Positions 1 through 15,354 of a stretch of DNA of 64,000 bases are shown one piece after another; the first letter of the stretch is position 1; each line of letters opens with the position of its first letter. The stretch lies in the NCBI RefSeq assembly GCF_009914755.1, contig NC_060946.1; one strand, written 5' to 3'. The notes under the pieces are model-generated. The model saw only the letters and a list, made by a program, of their open reading frames with translations, had not been told where the DNA came from and ran no database searches. The DNA is from the human T2T-CHM13v2.0 reference genome, Homo sapiens. A program made the position numbers and the translations under genes.

Positions 1-830
1 TAATCCCCCATAGTTTCCCTTTGTGATCACATCAACTCTCACGCCATAAAATGCCACCATGATTCCCAAATCTGTATTATTGGCCCTAGAATTCTTTCAT
101 AAACCCCAAACCTTTATTCTTCAAGTCTTACTGGATCTCAATAGCCAAGTGTTCTAAACACTCAATCTCAACTGCTCTAAAGTGAAACTTTTTTAAAAAC
201 CCGAAACAGCATCCATTTTTCTCAAGAATAGATAAAGGCAGAAACCTTAGTATCATTGTTGACTCTGAACTCAGCTTTGACCCAACACATCCAGCCAGAT
301 CCCAATTCTTATGTATTAAACTTCCTACACATCATTCTTTCTTTATATGTTTATAGTTTAGTCTATCATACTAGGTTGGTGCAAAAGTAACTGCAGTTTT
401 TGACATTACTTTTAATGGCAAAGACTGCAATTACCTTTGCACCTACCTAATACTCTGTCTCGCTAACTGCAGTATCTTCTGCATCAAATCATCTCTACTT
501 ACGGTTCTGACATCCTCTCTAAATCATTTTCTACACATCCAGAACAATCTTTCAAAAATGTAAATCTAATTGTTAACCTCTGTATAAATTAAAACTCCAC
601 CAATACCTCATTTTTCACCTAAAAGAAAATCAGAATTTTCAAGTATGATGCAAAAAGGTCCTTATCTCCCTTTCCAACTGAATCTCAGAACCACTCACTA
701 TTTCGTGGTCATGGTGGGTTGTCTTCCATGCACCTCACATAACATGCTATTCATGTCTGTGTGCTTTTACACATTCTGTTCCCTCTGCTTGAAATTTTGT
801 TTTTCTGCTGTGCTCCCAGCCTTCAAAACT
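1..830 (+). mobile_element. L2 LINE fragment(s), interrupted by MADE1
   Basis: Degenerate L2 3'-region motifs (tcccaaatctgtatt..., atctttcaaaaatgtaaatct..., ctgttccctctgcttgaaat). Confidence 0.6.
371..450. mobile_element. MADE1 (Hsmar1-derived MITE), full length, 80 bp
   Basis: ctaggttggtgcaaaagtaa...ttacctttgcacctacctaa with long terminal inverted repeats, flanked by TA on both sides. Confidence 0.93.
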
Positions 831-838
831 CTGCTCAT

Positions 839-1129
839 GGCTGGGCACAGAGGCTCATGCCTGTAATCCCAGCACTCTGGGAGGCCAAAGCAGATGGATC
901 ACCTGAGGTCAGGAGTTCGAGACCAGCCGGGCCAACATGGTGAAACCCCATCTCTACTAAAAATACAAAATTAGCAGGGTGTGGTGGCACATGCCTGTAG
1001 TCCCAGCTACTCAGGAGGCTGAGGCAGGAGAATCGCTTGAACCAAGGAGGTGGAGGCTGCAGTGACTAGAGTTTATGCCACGGCACTCCAGCCTGGGGGA
1101 CAGAGTGAGACCCTGTCTCAAAAAAAAAA
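839..1129 (+). mobile_element. Alu (AluS), full length
   Basis: Dimeric Alu with A-tail and degenerate TSD aaaactctgctcat / aaaatctgcacat. Confidence 0.95.
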
Positions 1130-1704
1130 TCTGCACATTATTTCCTGAATACCTATTACCACACCCAAATACCCATTTAGTTGTCGAATATTACTTTTAC
1201 CCATATGCTTACAAGAAACTTCTGTTACATAATCATTTATTTACAGCACAACTCTGTGAATCCTTGAAGGACAGGAGCCTTAACTTTTTTAACTTTGTAT
1301 CCCCAACTGCCTAACATGAATCAAGTCTTATTGAACATATTTTAAGTGAAGGACTTACTGCTAAAATAACTTTTAAATGGCTCTTTAAGTGATAGGCATT
1401 TAAAATAAATCATTAATCTAACAATGGAAGCATCATAAATTGGTTCATTTTTGATAGAAAGGACATAACTGGGATGTTATGTTTCTTAATATTAAGAGAG
1501 TACTAGTATTTATCTTTCAAAATATGTACATTGAAAAATTGATCTCTTTTTGCTCACTGTAAAACTTTTAAAAATTGGGGGAATACTCAACTAATTATCA
1601 GAAACTAATTATCAGATAATCAATTCATTTTTCTATTATACTCTCCTAGGAACACTAAAATGCTTCTGTGAAACTTTCTAGAGTTTGTTCCCCTGACACT
1701 TCAA

Positions 1705-1981
1705 GTTGCCATGGTAGCTACTAGCGACATGTGGTTTCTGAACAAGTGAAATGTAATTAGTTCAAATCGAGGTATGCAGTAAGCATAAAATGCTCACTGG
1801 ATTCCAAAATCTTAATGGGGAAAAAGTATCTCAAAATTTGAAATATTACTATTTTGGATTACTGAATTAAATAAAATTTACTACAATTGTTCCCAAATGT
1901 TTCCTTTTCCTCAAATTTTTAACATACCCACTAGAAAAATTACTTATGTTGCTCACATTATATTTATACTGCACAGCACTG
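1705..1981. mobile_element. MER33-like hAT-Charlie DNA transposon
   Basis: ggtagctactagcgacatgtgg... and terminal ctcacattatatttatactgcacagcactg resemble the MER33/MER3 consensus. Confidence 0.7.
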
Positions 1982-4259
1982 TTATATACAACAAAGTTCA
2001 CTCTGCAACAAGACAACTGTCATTGTCACAAAAATCACTTTTTAGACTATGATGATCTCCACCAATGCCTTACTGACAACCTTGCTGTGTTATCTGATTA
2101 CTATGGATCATTGGTAATAAATTAGTCAAAGAAAAACATCCATGTAATACATCTGGTGCAAAAACACTTAATATGCCTTATGTGAAAAACAATATTATTT
2201 TTAAAAGCACTACACAAAGAAATGAGGTTGGTTCCAACCCTCCCAGTCAGGGAGAAGATGTGTGGGAATACTGAAACAACCTTATGGAGGTCATGTATAA
2301 GAAGATTATCGATACTACTGGATAAGTTTGGTGTCATCACAGAAATTAAATATGAATATTTAGACACACATGTCTGTAAGCCAGAGACATTAAGTTTAAA
2401 GCAATAATCAACTAAGAAATTTTTCTTTAAACAGTTGAAAAAGCAAAAAGACAGGCTATAACTAAAGATAATTTAAGAGGGGAGAGGAGTAAAATCCAGG
2501 TCTATTTGGCTTCTAAGATCAGGCTCTTGACTACTAATCAAATTGACTCCTCAGCAAACTATACTACTGATCAATGAAAGTGATGAGTATTTGAGTATAC
2601 ACAAAAGTAGACATGAAATTCCAACAGTGGCATACAATGAAGCTAAATGAAGTAAAAGGGAGCAAGGTTCTTATGGCAGGAGAAAAGTGAGAGGAAACAA
2701 AATGATCATCTTTAAAGAAGGTCATTTCCTAAGAGACAGCTGTAAAAAAAGAAGAGATAAATAAAAAAGACAAAAACATTGAGCTTAAATTAGAACAGAG
2801 CTTATCACAGATCCTTAAACTTGATGAAACTATTGCTTAAGAAAGTCCAGACAACACATAAGAATAAAAGCATTGGTGAACAGCAAGAAAAGTCAAAATA
2901 GCTGTCATACAGTGTAAATTGAAGAAGGACCAAATCAGCATTGCTTTCTAATGTCCATCAAACCCTATCATCTGCCAATTTTCATTACTGGCAGGACACT
3001 GGGCTGAGTGATTTGTCTCTAAAAGAGAATCTCTGGAAAGAAAAAATAAATCATGGATGTCATCCAAAGAGGCTAGACCGTATCATTGGCAGGTAGATAA
3101 GAAAGGTCAGAGGACTGACAGAATTTAGGGCAAAAGAAAAGCAGCAGGACTTAATGTCAAGAAATACAAAGATAACCAAAGAAAAGAGGCTGGAGTTAAA
3201 GCTTAAGTGAAGTAAAAGGAATTAAAGCTAAATGATGAGTAAATACATTGAGGAACAGGGGGTGAATTAAGATATGTAGCATTTCCATGTTTAAACCTTG
3301 CAAAAACTTCTCATTGCAGACCGAACAGGACCCAAACTCCTTCCCTTGCTTATAAGCCTACATGATCTAGCCTTTGTTCGCCTTGATGATGTCTCTACTA
3401 CCCTCACCTAGTAGGCTACTATGCTCCAAGTAAAATGACATGCTGTCTGTTCATGAATCATGCCAAGTCCACTCCTCAAGGTCTGTGTAGTGGTCTGTTC
3501 CCTCTCCCTGGAATGTTCTTTCCTCTTATCTTGCATGATTGGCTTCTTACCATTCAGTTTTCCTATTCAGGAAGTATATCTGGTTGTATCTCCTAGATGG
3601 ATTTTTAGTGTAAAATTTCCAGACAAGGTTAATGTATCCTTGTATCATCATGAAAATAATGTTGCAACAATGACCAGCCATTTACCTATGACAGAGCACC
3701 CTAAAAGTGTTTCCTGATGAAAATCTTGGCCTTCTTCACAGATACTCTCTTTAGTGGATTTCTTTATAATGAGATACATGCTTTTGTTAAATTTCTCAAC
3801 TTTTATAAAAAGAGGTCAACCTTACTCCTAACTCAGTCAACTGTCACAGCTATTGCTCTGCCCTTTAGGAAGCATCAGAAAATACATATACTCAATGTGT
3901 ATTATCATTCTCATAACTTAAGCCTTAGATATGAGGTAAAATAACTATCCTTTTTAAAGCAATTAATATATACAAGGCACAATGTTATGTGAATTCCATT
4001 CATTGTGTTCATTTAACCCTCATAATAACACTATGATTTAAGACAGTATCATTTTAAAAGCATAAAAAGTAACTTCTGCCATGACACACAATTAGGATAG
4101 GAAGAAATATTTATAAAAGATGTTAAAAAGGTGACAAAACATCCTATCTGCAATATTCTTTAAATTATATCCTTGGAACTTAATCCAAGATTATGATCTT
4201 CTTAACAGATGGGTCAGAACGCTGTGTAGTTAGAATGCACTGTTTAAGATCCCCAAGGA

Positions 4260-4569
4260 GGCCGGGCACGATGGCTCACACCTCTGTATCCCAGCAGTTT
4301 GGGAGGCTGAGACGTGCAGACCACGAGGTCAGGAGTCCGAGACAAATCTAGCCAACATAGTGAAACCCCGTCTCTACTAAAAATACAAAAAATTAGCCGG
4401 GTGTTATGATGTGCACCTGTAATCCCACCTACTTGGGAGGCTGAGGCAGGAGAAATCACCTGAACCCAGAAAGCGGAGTTTTCAGTGAGCCAAGGCCATG
4501 CCACTGCATTCCAGCCAGGGTGACAGAGCGAGACTCCATCTCAAAAAAAAAAAAAAAAAAAAAAAAAAA
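4260..4569 (+). mobile_element. Alu (AluS), full length with long A-tail
   Basis: Dimeric Alu consensus with pure poly(A) tail. Confidence 0.95.
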
Positions 4570-6229
4570 CCAAAGAAATATAATTTAGTCATTTAGGCCT
4601 TGATTTTATACCACTGACTTAGTTTGAAGGCTGCTATAAGAAACAGCCCTATGAAACTGGTATTTTCCTACTGCAAGGTGGCTTCTTTAAGACAATTTTT
4701 CATTGCATTCTATCAAGGGATGTCTTATTATTATATCATTATATCAAGTGATGTTATGAATAGTAAGAATCAGATTAAGGGCTCATATGTACTTCTTTGT
4801 ATTGACTGTTGAAAAGGTATGGGGCCAAATTTGTAGTTTGTCTGGAATTACATATTTTTGGGGGTCTCTCTATTATCTTCATACTTATCCTATCTAAATT
4901 TTCCATTGCCAAATTTCCTTACTTATTTTTAGTTTTATCCTATTGCTCATGTATTTTTATGAGTCTCCATAAGTCTATTTTGGAAAAAGGCAGAGTACTC
5001 ATAATTTTAGTATATCTTTTAGCTTTATGTTGCCATAAACCTTTCATTATATACATGATCAACAACAGCAAATTATCTCACTTCAGTATTTAGTTTATTA
5101 TTTTACAAACTGATTTATGATTGCTAACATGTAACTGAAGGTATACACTATTAGAACACAGTTTTCAGTAGAAAGTAGCACTGCCATTGAGTAAAAAAAT
5201 GTTCTAACATTAGAGCAACATTCTTATACAAGTTTGCATGTTGTTTACTGAGGTCTAAAGCATGACTACACAAAAGGCTGAATAAAATTCAGATTCTTAC
5301 ATACACATAAAATTGTTTTATTGAGATGACAAAGTATATTTATTATGCCACCCAGAATATAATCCACTCTGAAAACTGCCAGTGTATGCACTTGCTGAAG
5401 TAACTCAGTACATAAATGGTAGCCACAACAGTTGCTGTGCATGAAAGTTCTTCTCTTCCAGATTGAAGAGTGTACAATCTAAAGCATTTTAAAACTTTAA
5501 ATCCCTTATTAGCTTAAATATAATTTAAAATTTTAGTTTGCCGTACCTATAATTTGTTTGTACACTAGGTTACTAAGGGTGATATGATTACATATGTGGA
5601 TACAAAATAATTTTAATGGAAAATGAAATTAGGGTACTCAACAAAGATAAAGGGTAATGATCATGTACACTAACCGTATTTGAGATTAGTTTAAGCCTGG
5701 GGTAGCTATACTTATGTTTCACAGACCTTGAGAAGATAGGGAAAAAAAGCTTTTATCAACATTGCTAAGGAACAGGTAAAAGCTAACATTAGGTAACTAA
5801 GAGGTGACATAAAAAAGACTGAATAAAATATCATGGAGGTTTCATAATAAGATTGGAAATTCAATAGACTAGGAGAGAAAAGATCCCAAAATATACATGC
5901 TCATTGGGAAAACAGCTAGTAAGAACAAGGAGAGATCTCTATTTAATGATACAATAGTAGAGTTATAATTTCCTGTATATTGTAAATTTCAAGCATTTAA
6001 ACATTTTCATTGAATTATAAAATACTATTTGTAAAAGAAAGAAAAACAGCACAACTGCAGATTACAGATGACTAAGATAGATGAATCATGAAAAGGTGCT
6101 AGCAGAGATTTCTATCACACCTATCAGGGATACACAATTTCCAAGAATTTCAGAAGGGTTTGGTGTTCCTATTAACGTAAATCCGGAAATAACACCTGAG
6201 TGAACTGTCTTCTAATTCTTCAACTGGAT

Positions 6230-6594
6230 GGCTTTTTAGTGTAAAAGATGTTGAATACTGATTGACTTTTTAATAATTTTATAGTATATGTCAGAAATAT
6301 TGCACAGTCCCTATTTACATCATTCTACAGTGGTTTTTAAAATGTTTTAAGAATAAAAAACATGAAAACTTTATTTGATTTTTCTGAGGAAATAACTTTT
6401 TGGATTTAATTTCAATGAAACCGTTGATAACATTTCCCTCCCCAACAATCTCTGGCAACGATCCCTCAGATTTTAATGATTATGTATTATTACCTTTTAA
6501 TACAAGTAGAATAACACTCAGGGAATTTACAACATTTGTTATTTTCAGTAAATACATTGGTTGAAGTTTAAAAGTCTATCCGTAGTAAACTTAC
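6230..6594 (-). other. Putative BAGE-type 3' UTR from read-through of the exon 7 donor, with poly(A) signals
   Basis: Minus-strand AATAAA at 6370-6375 and ATTAAA at 6269-6274. Sequence resembles the recalled 3' end of the BAGE cDNA (ending ...ttttacactaaaaagcc). Confidence 0.45.
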
Positions 6595-6757
6595 ATCTTT
6601 CAGGAGCTTGGTCAATGTGTTCTGGACAAAGCAGGAAGATGTGACTGAAATCCTGAAAGGAGCCGGCTCCTGCAGCACAAGGATAATGATACATCTGGGT
6701 ACATTTCTCTTCACAGCATTTGATAGTGGCTCCAAAGTGCTTACAAAATGCACATCG
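6595..6757 (-). pseudogene. KMT2C: KMT2C (MLL3) exon 7 paralogous copy (extended PHD/C2HC zinc finger segment R284-R337) in a duplicated KMT2C/BAGE-type fragment
   Basis: Translates to RCAFCKHFGATIKCCEEKCTQMYHYPCAAGAGSFQDFSHIFLLCPEHIDQAPER. Canonical acceptor (cccctttcag|CGATGT) and donor (GAAAGAT|gtaagt). The 163-bp length equals c.850-1012. Differs from the recalled KMT2C protein by L291F and T316S. Confidence 0.92.
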
Positions 6758-8148
6758 CTGAAAGGGGTAAAGGAGAGAAATCTCTTTATAAAACCTTGAA
6801 AAGGAATATTCAAATATAAGCTGGGAAGGTATAAAAAACTCTCTGTACATCACAAGTAAACAAATTGAACCTGCAAAACATTAAACAAAGGATTCATTAA
6901 AAATAATAAAATCTACATTACTCAATTTAGTGCTTTGTGTGCTACCAACTCATCCTTCCATTCAAATTAGAAAGTTAGAATTTCATTCCTTATATTTTCA
7001 AAAATAAATTGTGAAGCATTTTAGAAACAAAACCTAAAATTTTTTTTAAAAGCAAATAGTAATATGGTTAAAGGGGCAGGTTTCTATATTGAGGATTATT
7101 ATAAAGTTTTTAAATCCTACCAAAACTAGTAATAGGAACATATATTATTTATGAGACATATCACTATTTTTTACCCTGCCTAAAAGTAAATACAAAATAA
7201 ATTCATCAATTATAAGTTAACAGGGACACAAATGGTTAAAGACTCACACACAAAAAAAACAAAACTACATACTTCAATGTAGCAATCAACTTCAAATTTC
7301 TTAGCAAAAGATGGAAATGTGGGGGAAAAAATTAGTCATCTGGTATCTTTCCCATTTCAACCTGCCTCCATTATCTTGCAAGTGGTAAAATGCACAGAAA
7401 TAAGCCTCAAACAAGAGGGGCAGTCTAGGGCAAGTGAACACATAAGTCGGAAGAAATTATGTAAAATGTTGCATTTACTTATTCAGTTTTCCCTTAGAAT
7501 GATTCACAAACTCTTCCTCATTCTCCCAAGTCCATTTTGAGCATCATTTTCTTTGAAGAGAGTCTGATGGGCCCTGTACTATACAGTATGAAATCTCTCT
7601 GTGGGAAATGACTATCTAACATAAATTTTTGTTTACACCGTTACATGATACCTACTTGCTTATGCCATTACATGATCAGTTTACCTTTTTCTCAACCTAA
7701 TCCAAGATCCTTCAATTGAGGCACTATACTATCTTTGTATCCAAAGCACCAAAAATGCTGCTTCAAACAGGCCCTAATAGATAGGTGTTCCTATACATAT
7801 ACCAAAAAGACTTAACTTTTGGTGATCTTGTTTGTGAGTGTGGCTCATAAACAGCTTAGCTGAGATAACTGGAGCCTCATGTAGCAGAGACAGTTGGACC
7901 CTGCTAACATTACTGTGGATATCTTCACATGTTACTACATTGACTTTATATTCTGTTAATTAACCAGGGACTACAGTAGTTAAAATTATAATTGTTTTCA
8001 ATGTTTTATGTGTAAATCTGTATCTCACATACTATCAAACTCTTCCTCACTGTCATCAGTCTCCTGCATTGAATCAACATAACAAAGCTAAATGACTCCT
8101 GAGGGCTGAATCAGAAAGAAGAAAAGAAAGAGATACAAAACTTTAGTC

Positions 8149-8337
8149 GGCCCGGTGGCTCACACCTGTAATCCCAGCACTTTGGAAGGCCAAGGCGGGC
8201 GGATCACGAGGTCAGGAGATCGAGACCATCCTGGCTGATACAGTGAAACTCCATCTCTACTGAAAATACAAAAAATTAGCTGGACGTGGTGGTGGGCACC
8301 TGTAGTCCCAGCTACTCAGGAGGCTGAAGCAGGAGAA
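8149..8337 (+). mobile_element. Alu (Y/Sc-like), 3'-truncated
   Basis: Left arm plus part of right arm, ending abruptly at ...gcaggagaa. Confidence 0.92.
8166..8254 (-). other. Candidate exonised antisense-Alu exon (89 bp), resembling the Alu-derived exon upstream of the MLL3-derived exon in the BAGE mRNA
   Basis: Minus strand reads tgtattttcagtagag|ATGGAGTTTCACTG...GGGATTACAG|gtgtgag, typical antisense-Alu splice sites. Match to BAGE cDNA is from recall. Confidence 0.55.
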
Positions 8338-9233
8338 GCTTCTAAATAACTCATAAACACTAATTACTGTTGTGACACTTTAATTTTATACAATATTTAT
8401 AAGTATACAGAATAACATTTCAGTGCTATTTTGGCACTCAAGGGTATTAATGCATTAGAAACACAGAAAAAAATAAATATTTGTCTTCATTGATAAAGTG
8501 TAATAACCAGCTTTTACAAAACAGGTAATTTTTTATATTGTAACTCCCAAGGTATCTAAATTTGTTTAGTGCATTAACAGAACCCAGAATTAACTACAAA
8601 TACAACACCTTGGTAGTCTAAAGGTCCAAACAGAAAGGTCACGTAAATGTCGAAAGAAAAAGTACAATCAATCTGTTGAAAAATGTTTATAACAACTCAT
8701 TAACATAACTAATTTCTGCTAAATTGTTAAAATCTAAAATCGCTTATTTTGATACCATATGGCAAGTTTTGCAGAAGCTTTTTGCACTAAAAATAATCTT
8801 GGCAGATAAAATATAATGAGAGGTAAGTATGTAATAACAGAAAATAATTTAAATTGACCAGCTTCTCAATGTCTTTCTCATTTTAGAAACACCAATATGT
8901 TCTCTTAATCATATCTGCAATGAAAAATATTATATTAGCTAAACTATTATGAAAAGTACTGGAATATATCTAACATACTAATTTACAATATCATATAAAG
9001 ATATCAGTGTATAAAAGAAGGAAAATAAAACACTACATTTAGGAGAACGCTTTAAACCCATATGTTACAATTAAATAGCTAATGAAGAGCACTCGGCATT
9101 AAAAGAAAATGTTTCCTATATATACACAGTCTGGAATGTATCTTCCTAAACCAAATAAAAAGTACTTGTAAAATCATAGACAATATCAAAGAATAGATTT
9201 CTACAGGGAACTTCTCAAATGTCAACACTCTTA

Positions 9234-9662
<429 letters not shown>

Positions 9663-10189
9663 GCCCTTAAATGGTTTATCAACTAAATGGTTTATTTGAA
9701 TCAATAATGAAAATTCCTAGACAGCATTTTTTCTTTTCACTTTTATTCATCATTAAAAAGACACGGAGTAAGAAAAGGAAAAAAAGTAACATGTTATAAT
9801 AATATTTTCCCATATTAATCCAAGAACACAATAACAACAACAAAAACTCAGTGAGAACTCATATTACCAATTTTAAGAATGAGTCTGAGGAATTTTCAAA
9901 ACTTTTATTTAATAGATTGAAATAATCTGTCAAAATGTATCTATAAAACACAACAGAATGAACAAAATTTCTGAGATTAAAGTTGTATCATTAAAAAATA
10001 CCAAGAAGTTAAATATTCCACAGTTCATTTAATTAATTATCCAGTATTTATTCTGTACCAACTATAGCAATGGTTTTAGGCTACGTGCTCTAATAAATAA
10101 GTATTGTAAGGCTCCCCATGCTCCAAATTTGTTTTTAATCTTCACTAATCTGTTTTTCGTGTTAGGCAACTAAGATTCTCCCAGGATGC

Positions 10190-10740
10190 AGTAATAAAGA
10201 ACAAAGATGGAAAGCAAGAGAAAGAGGTAGAATGACATGAAAATCTGATCCAGAAGGTGCAACGTCTGTTTTATATGAGTACCAGAAAGGGAGAAAATAG
10301 GAGGGATTATACTCACCAAAATTCTAAAGGAAAAGTTATGTATATATCTAATAATAAAAACTAACATTTAATTAAGCATAATCCTCATTCAACAGATGAG
10401 GAATCTAAAACCCAAAGAGTCATTATCACTGTTCCACTTATCTCTGTATCCCTACAAAAATACTCACTCTTGATCTGTAACAATGCCTCCTTAAACTCCC
10501 TGAATGGCAGCTTCAGGTAAAAACTTCCCAGAAAGTTTGAAATAACAAGGATAAAAGGAAAATTCTTGGAGCCACATAAAAAAGAAAACAGATCATTACA
10601 AAAAAAGAAGAATCGGGCATCAGTTCTCATTACCAATACTGAATTAAAAAGAAACCCCCCAAAAAACCATTATTTTCCTAGGTCTATAAGAAATTATTTA
10701 AAACCAAAATTTTAATGTCTGTTAAGCTAACATTCAAGTC
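10190..10740 (+). mobile_element. Old L1M ORF1-region fragments
   Basis: A-rich strand bias and degenerate ORF1-like motifs (ccagaaggtgcaacgtctgttttatatgagtaccagaa; ggaaaattcttggagcc). Confidence 0.5.
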
Positions 10741-10910
10741 CACGGATAACAAATGTAAATAGTTTAAATTCTCTAGTAAAAGACAGCAACTTTCAAAATA
10801 TGCAAAATATACTACTTAACACATACACATATTTTACATGTAACTATACTACAGACTTCATTTATGTATGTGTGTGTGTGTACACATATATAATATAAAA
10901 TGAATGAAAT

Positions 10911-11490
<580 letters not shown>

Positions 11491-12782
11491 GAGCGGCTGT
11501 ATATATATATATATATTCATACATATGCACAATGCACAGTGACATACACAATTCAAAAACAGACTTGAGGGGAAAAAACACAAACGCTATCCAAAAAATG
11601 CAGGTATAGCAATAATTGCAAAGAAACAGAATTTAAAAAGCAGTGAATAAGTCAAAGATAATAATTTATAATAACATAAGTTTTATGTTGCAGTGTAAAT
11701 TCCAAAAGAAGCCATAGTCATTAAAGTTTATACACCTAATAAATATATGTCACATATAGAAAGTAAAGCTGAGTACAAATAACATGCATAGATTAGACTT
11801 TAACATAGCTCTCAAATCAGGATATTAAGTAGATATGAAATAAATAATAACAATGATCGGGTTTGATTCAAACAGACACATAAAATACACACAGATCTCT
11901 GAATTCCAAAAATAGAGAAAACATCCTATTCAAATGTACATAGAATTTTCAAAAAAACTTCACATGTATGGTCATAAAGAAATGTCCACATATTTTAAAA
12001 AGCAGGTATTTCCTAGGTTATATCCAGTAAAAGCAGATGCGTCCCTAGACCTAATACAATAAAAATTAGAAATTCATAATATAAGGATAAACTCCCAAAT
12101 CTACCCACTGGCAAAATTTAAAAGTCCTTTCTATATAACGGCAGAGTTTCAATCAAGAAGAAAAATCATGTATTATTTTTAAATGATTAAGAAACATCAA
12201 AAATATCTCTGAGATGTGGCAAATGTGGTATTCAGAGGAAAAAAATATAGCTTCAAACATGCAAAACTGTAAGACTAAAGAATTACAATAAATAATGCCC
12301 GATTCAAAAATTAAGCCAATAAGAATCAACATATAATCCATGAGATTCGCCATCTAGGGAAGTAAACCCACCCTAATACTGTGTTTATTAAAATGCTGTT
12401 AATGAGATCCGAGGTTTAAACAACTCTTCGCTTTAGAAAGTGAAATAAAGCTGACTGAAATAAAACCTAATCTATGAAATTATTCTGTATATGAATTGAC
12501 CTGAAGTAATGAACAGTTCAATGACTGGCTTATGACTCTTGTTCTGGTCCAGGTTAATCATTCTAGTTGGCATACTATTAAACACATATTTCTGATTGAA
12601 ACATCTGTTAAAAAAATAACATCAAAAGACATTACAAAATCAAAATGGAGACTGCTAAGAGTGGGATTTTTCTCCTGCCAGTATCTTTCCTTTCTGCCAC
12701 ATCCTCCTCCCTGCTGCCACAGCAAATCTTTCTAAAGGCATACAAATATATTCTGAATCACACGCAAACCCCTCAATACAGA

Positions 12783-13720
<938 letters not shown>

Positions 13721-14379
13721 ATAGAGCAGCATTTCAAGGCCCTCCATGCTTTGGTCTCTGCCAAATCACTATTAGAGTTTTAAAATTTTTTTTTACACAT
13801 TATACTTACATTACACAATGTCTTAACACTATGAAGTAAAAATGTAAATATTTTAAACTCTGGCTTGGAAATGAGGAGGCAGAATCTCAGAAATTTTCCT
13901 AAAATAAAATAGGAGAGGCAAGCTTTCTGAGTCCACAAAAGTGCCCTCTACCTATTGGGTCAAAGAAAAAGTAATTTCTCTATTTGTAACAACATACATA
14001 AATTATAAACCCTGAAGAAATAGGTCCCTAATAGCTATAATCTTTAACATAACCATAAATAAAAACATGAATAAATCTGACTACATAAAAATGTAAAAAC
14101 TTCTATGTGGTGAGAACACACATTACAGAAAAAAAAAATCAAATGACAAAAAATAACCTCCAATTTGGATTACAAATATCTAGTATCCTGGATATATACA
14201 AATAAAGCATGTAAGTTATAAAAATGAGTATAATTTTAAAATAGACAAGGATACTTTATAGAATTTCATAATTTAAGGAAGACATAAAGTTAGCCAATAA
14301 ACTATTTGTAATATGCAAGAATAAGTAAGCATTATTATTTGCCAGCAGCTAAGCCAAGTACTTTATAAGAATTACTTTA

Positions 14380-14772
<393 letters not shown>

Positions 14773-14924
14773 TTAAATTTCCTTGTTCAAGTCCATAGAG
14801 TCAGGAAATGAAAAAGGAACTGAACTCAAGGAGTTCATAATTATTTATATACAAATAATAAAGACAAATTCATCGACTATGGAAATGTACTGAGTATTTT
14901 GTCTTGTTTACATAATGGTTTTTA

Positions 14925-15354
<430 letters not shown>

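Noticed and set aside
6545-6853. 102-aa ORF as a standalone PHD-finger protein
   Set aside because: Only the 163-bp spliced exon is KMT2C-like. The flanking residues are intron read-through.
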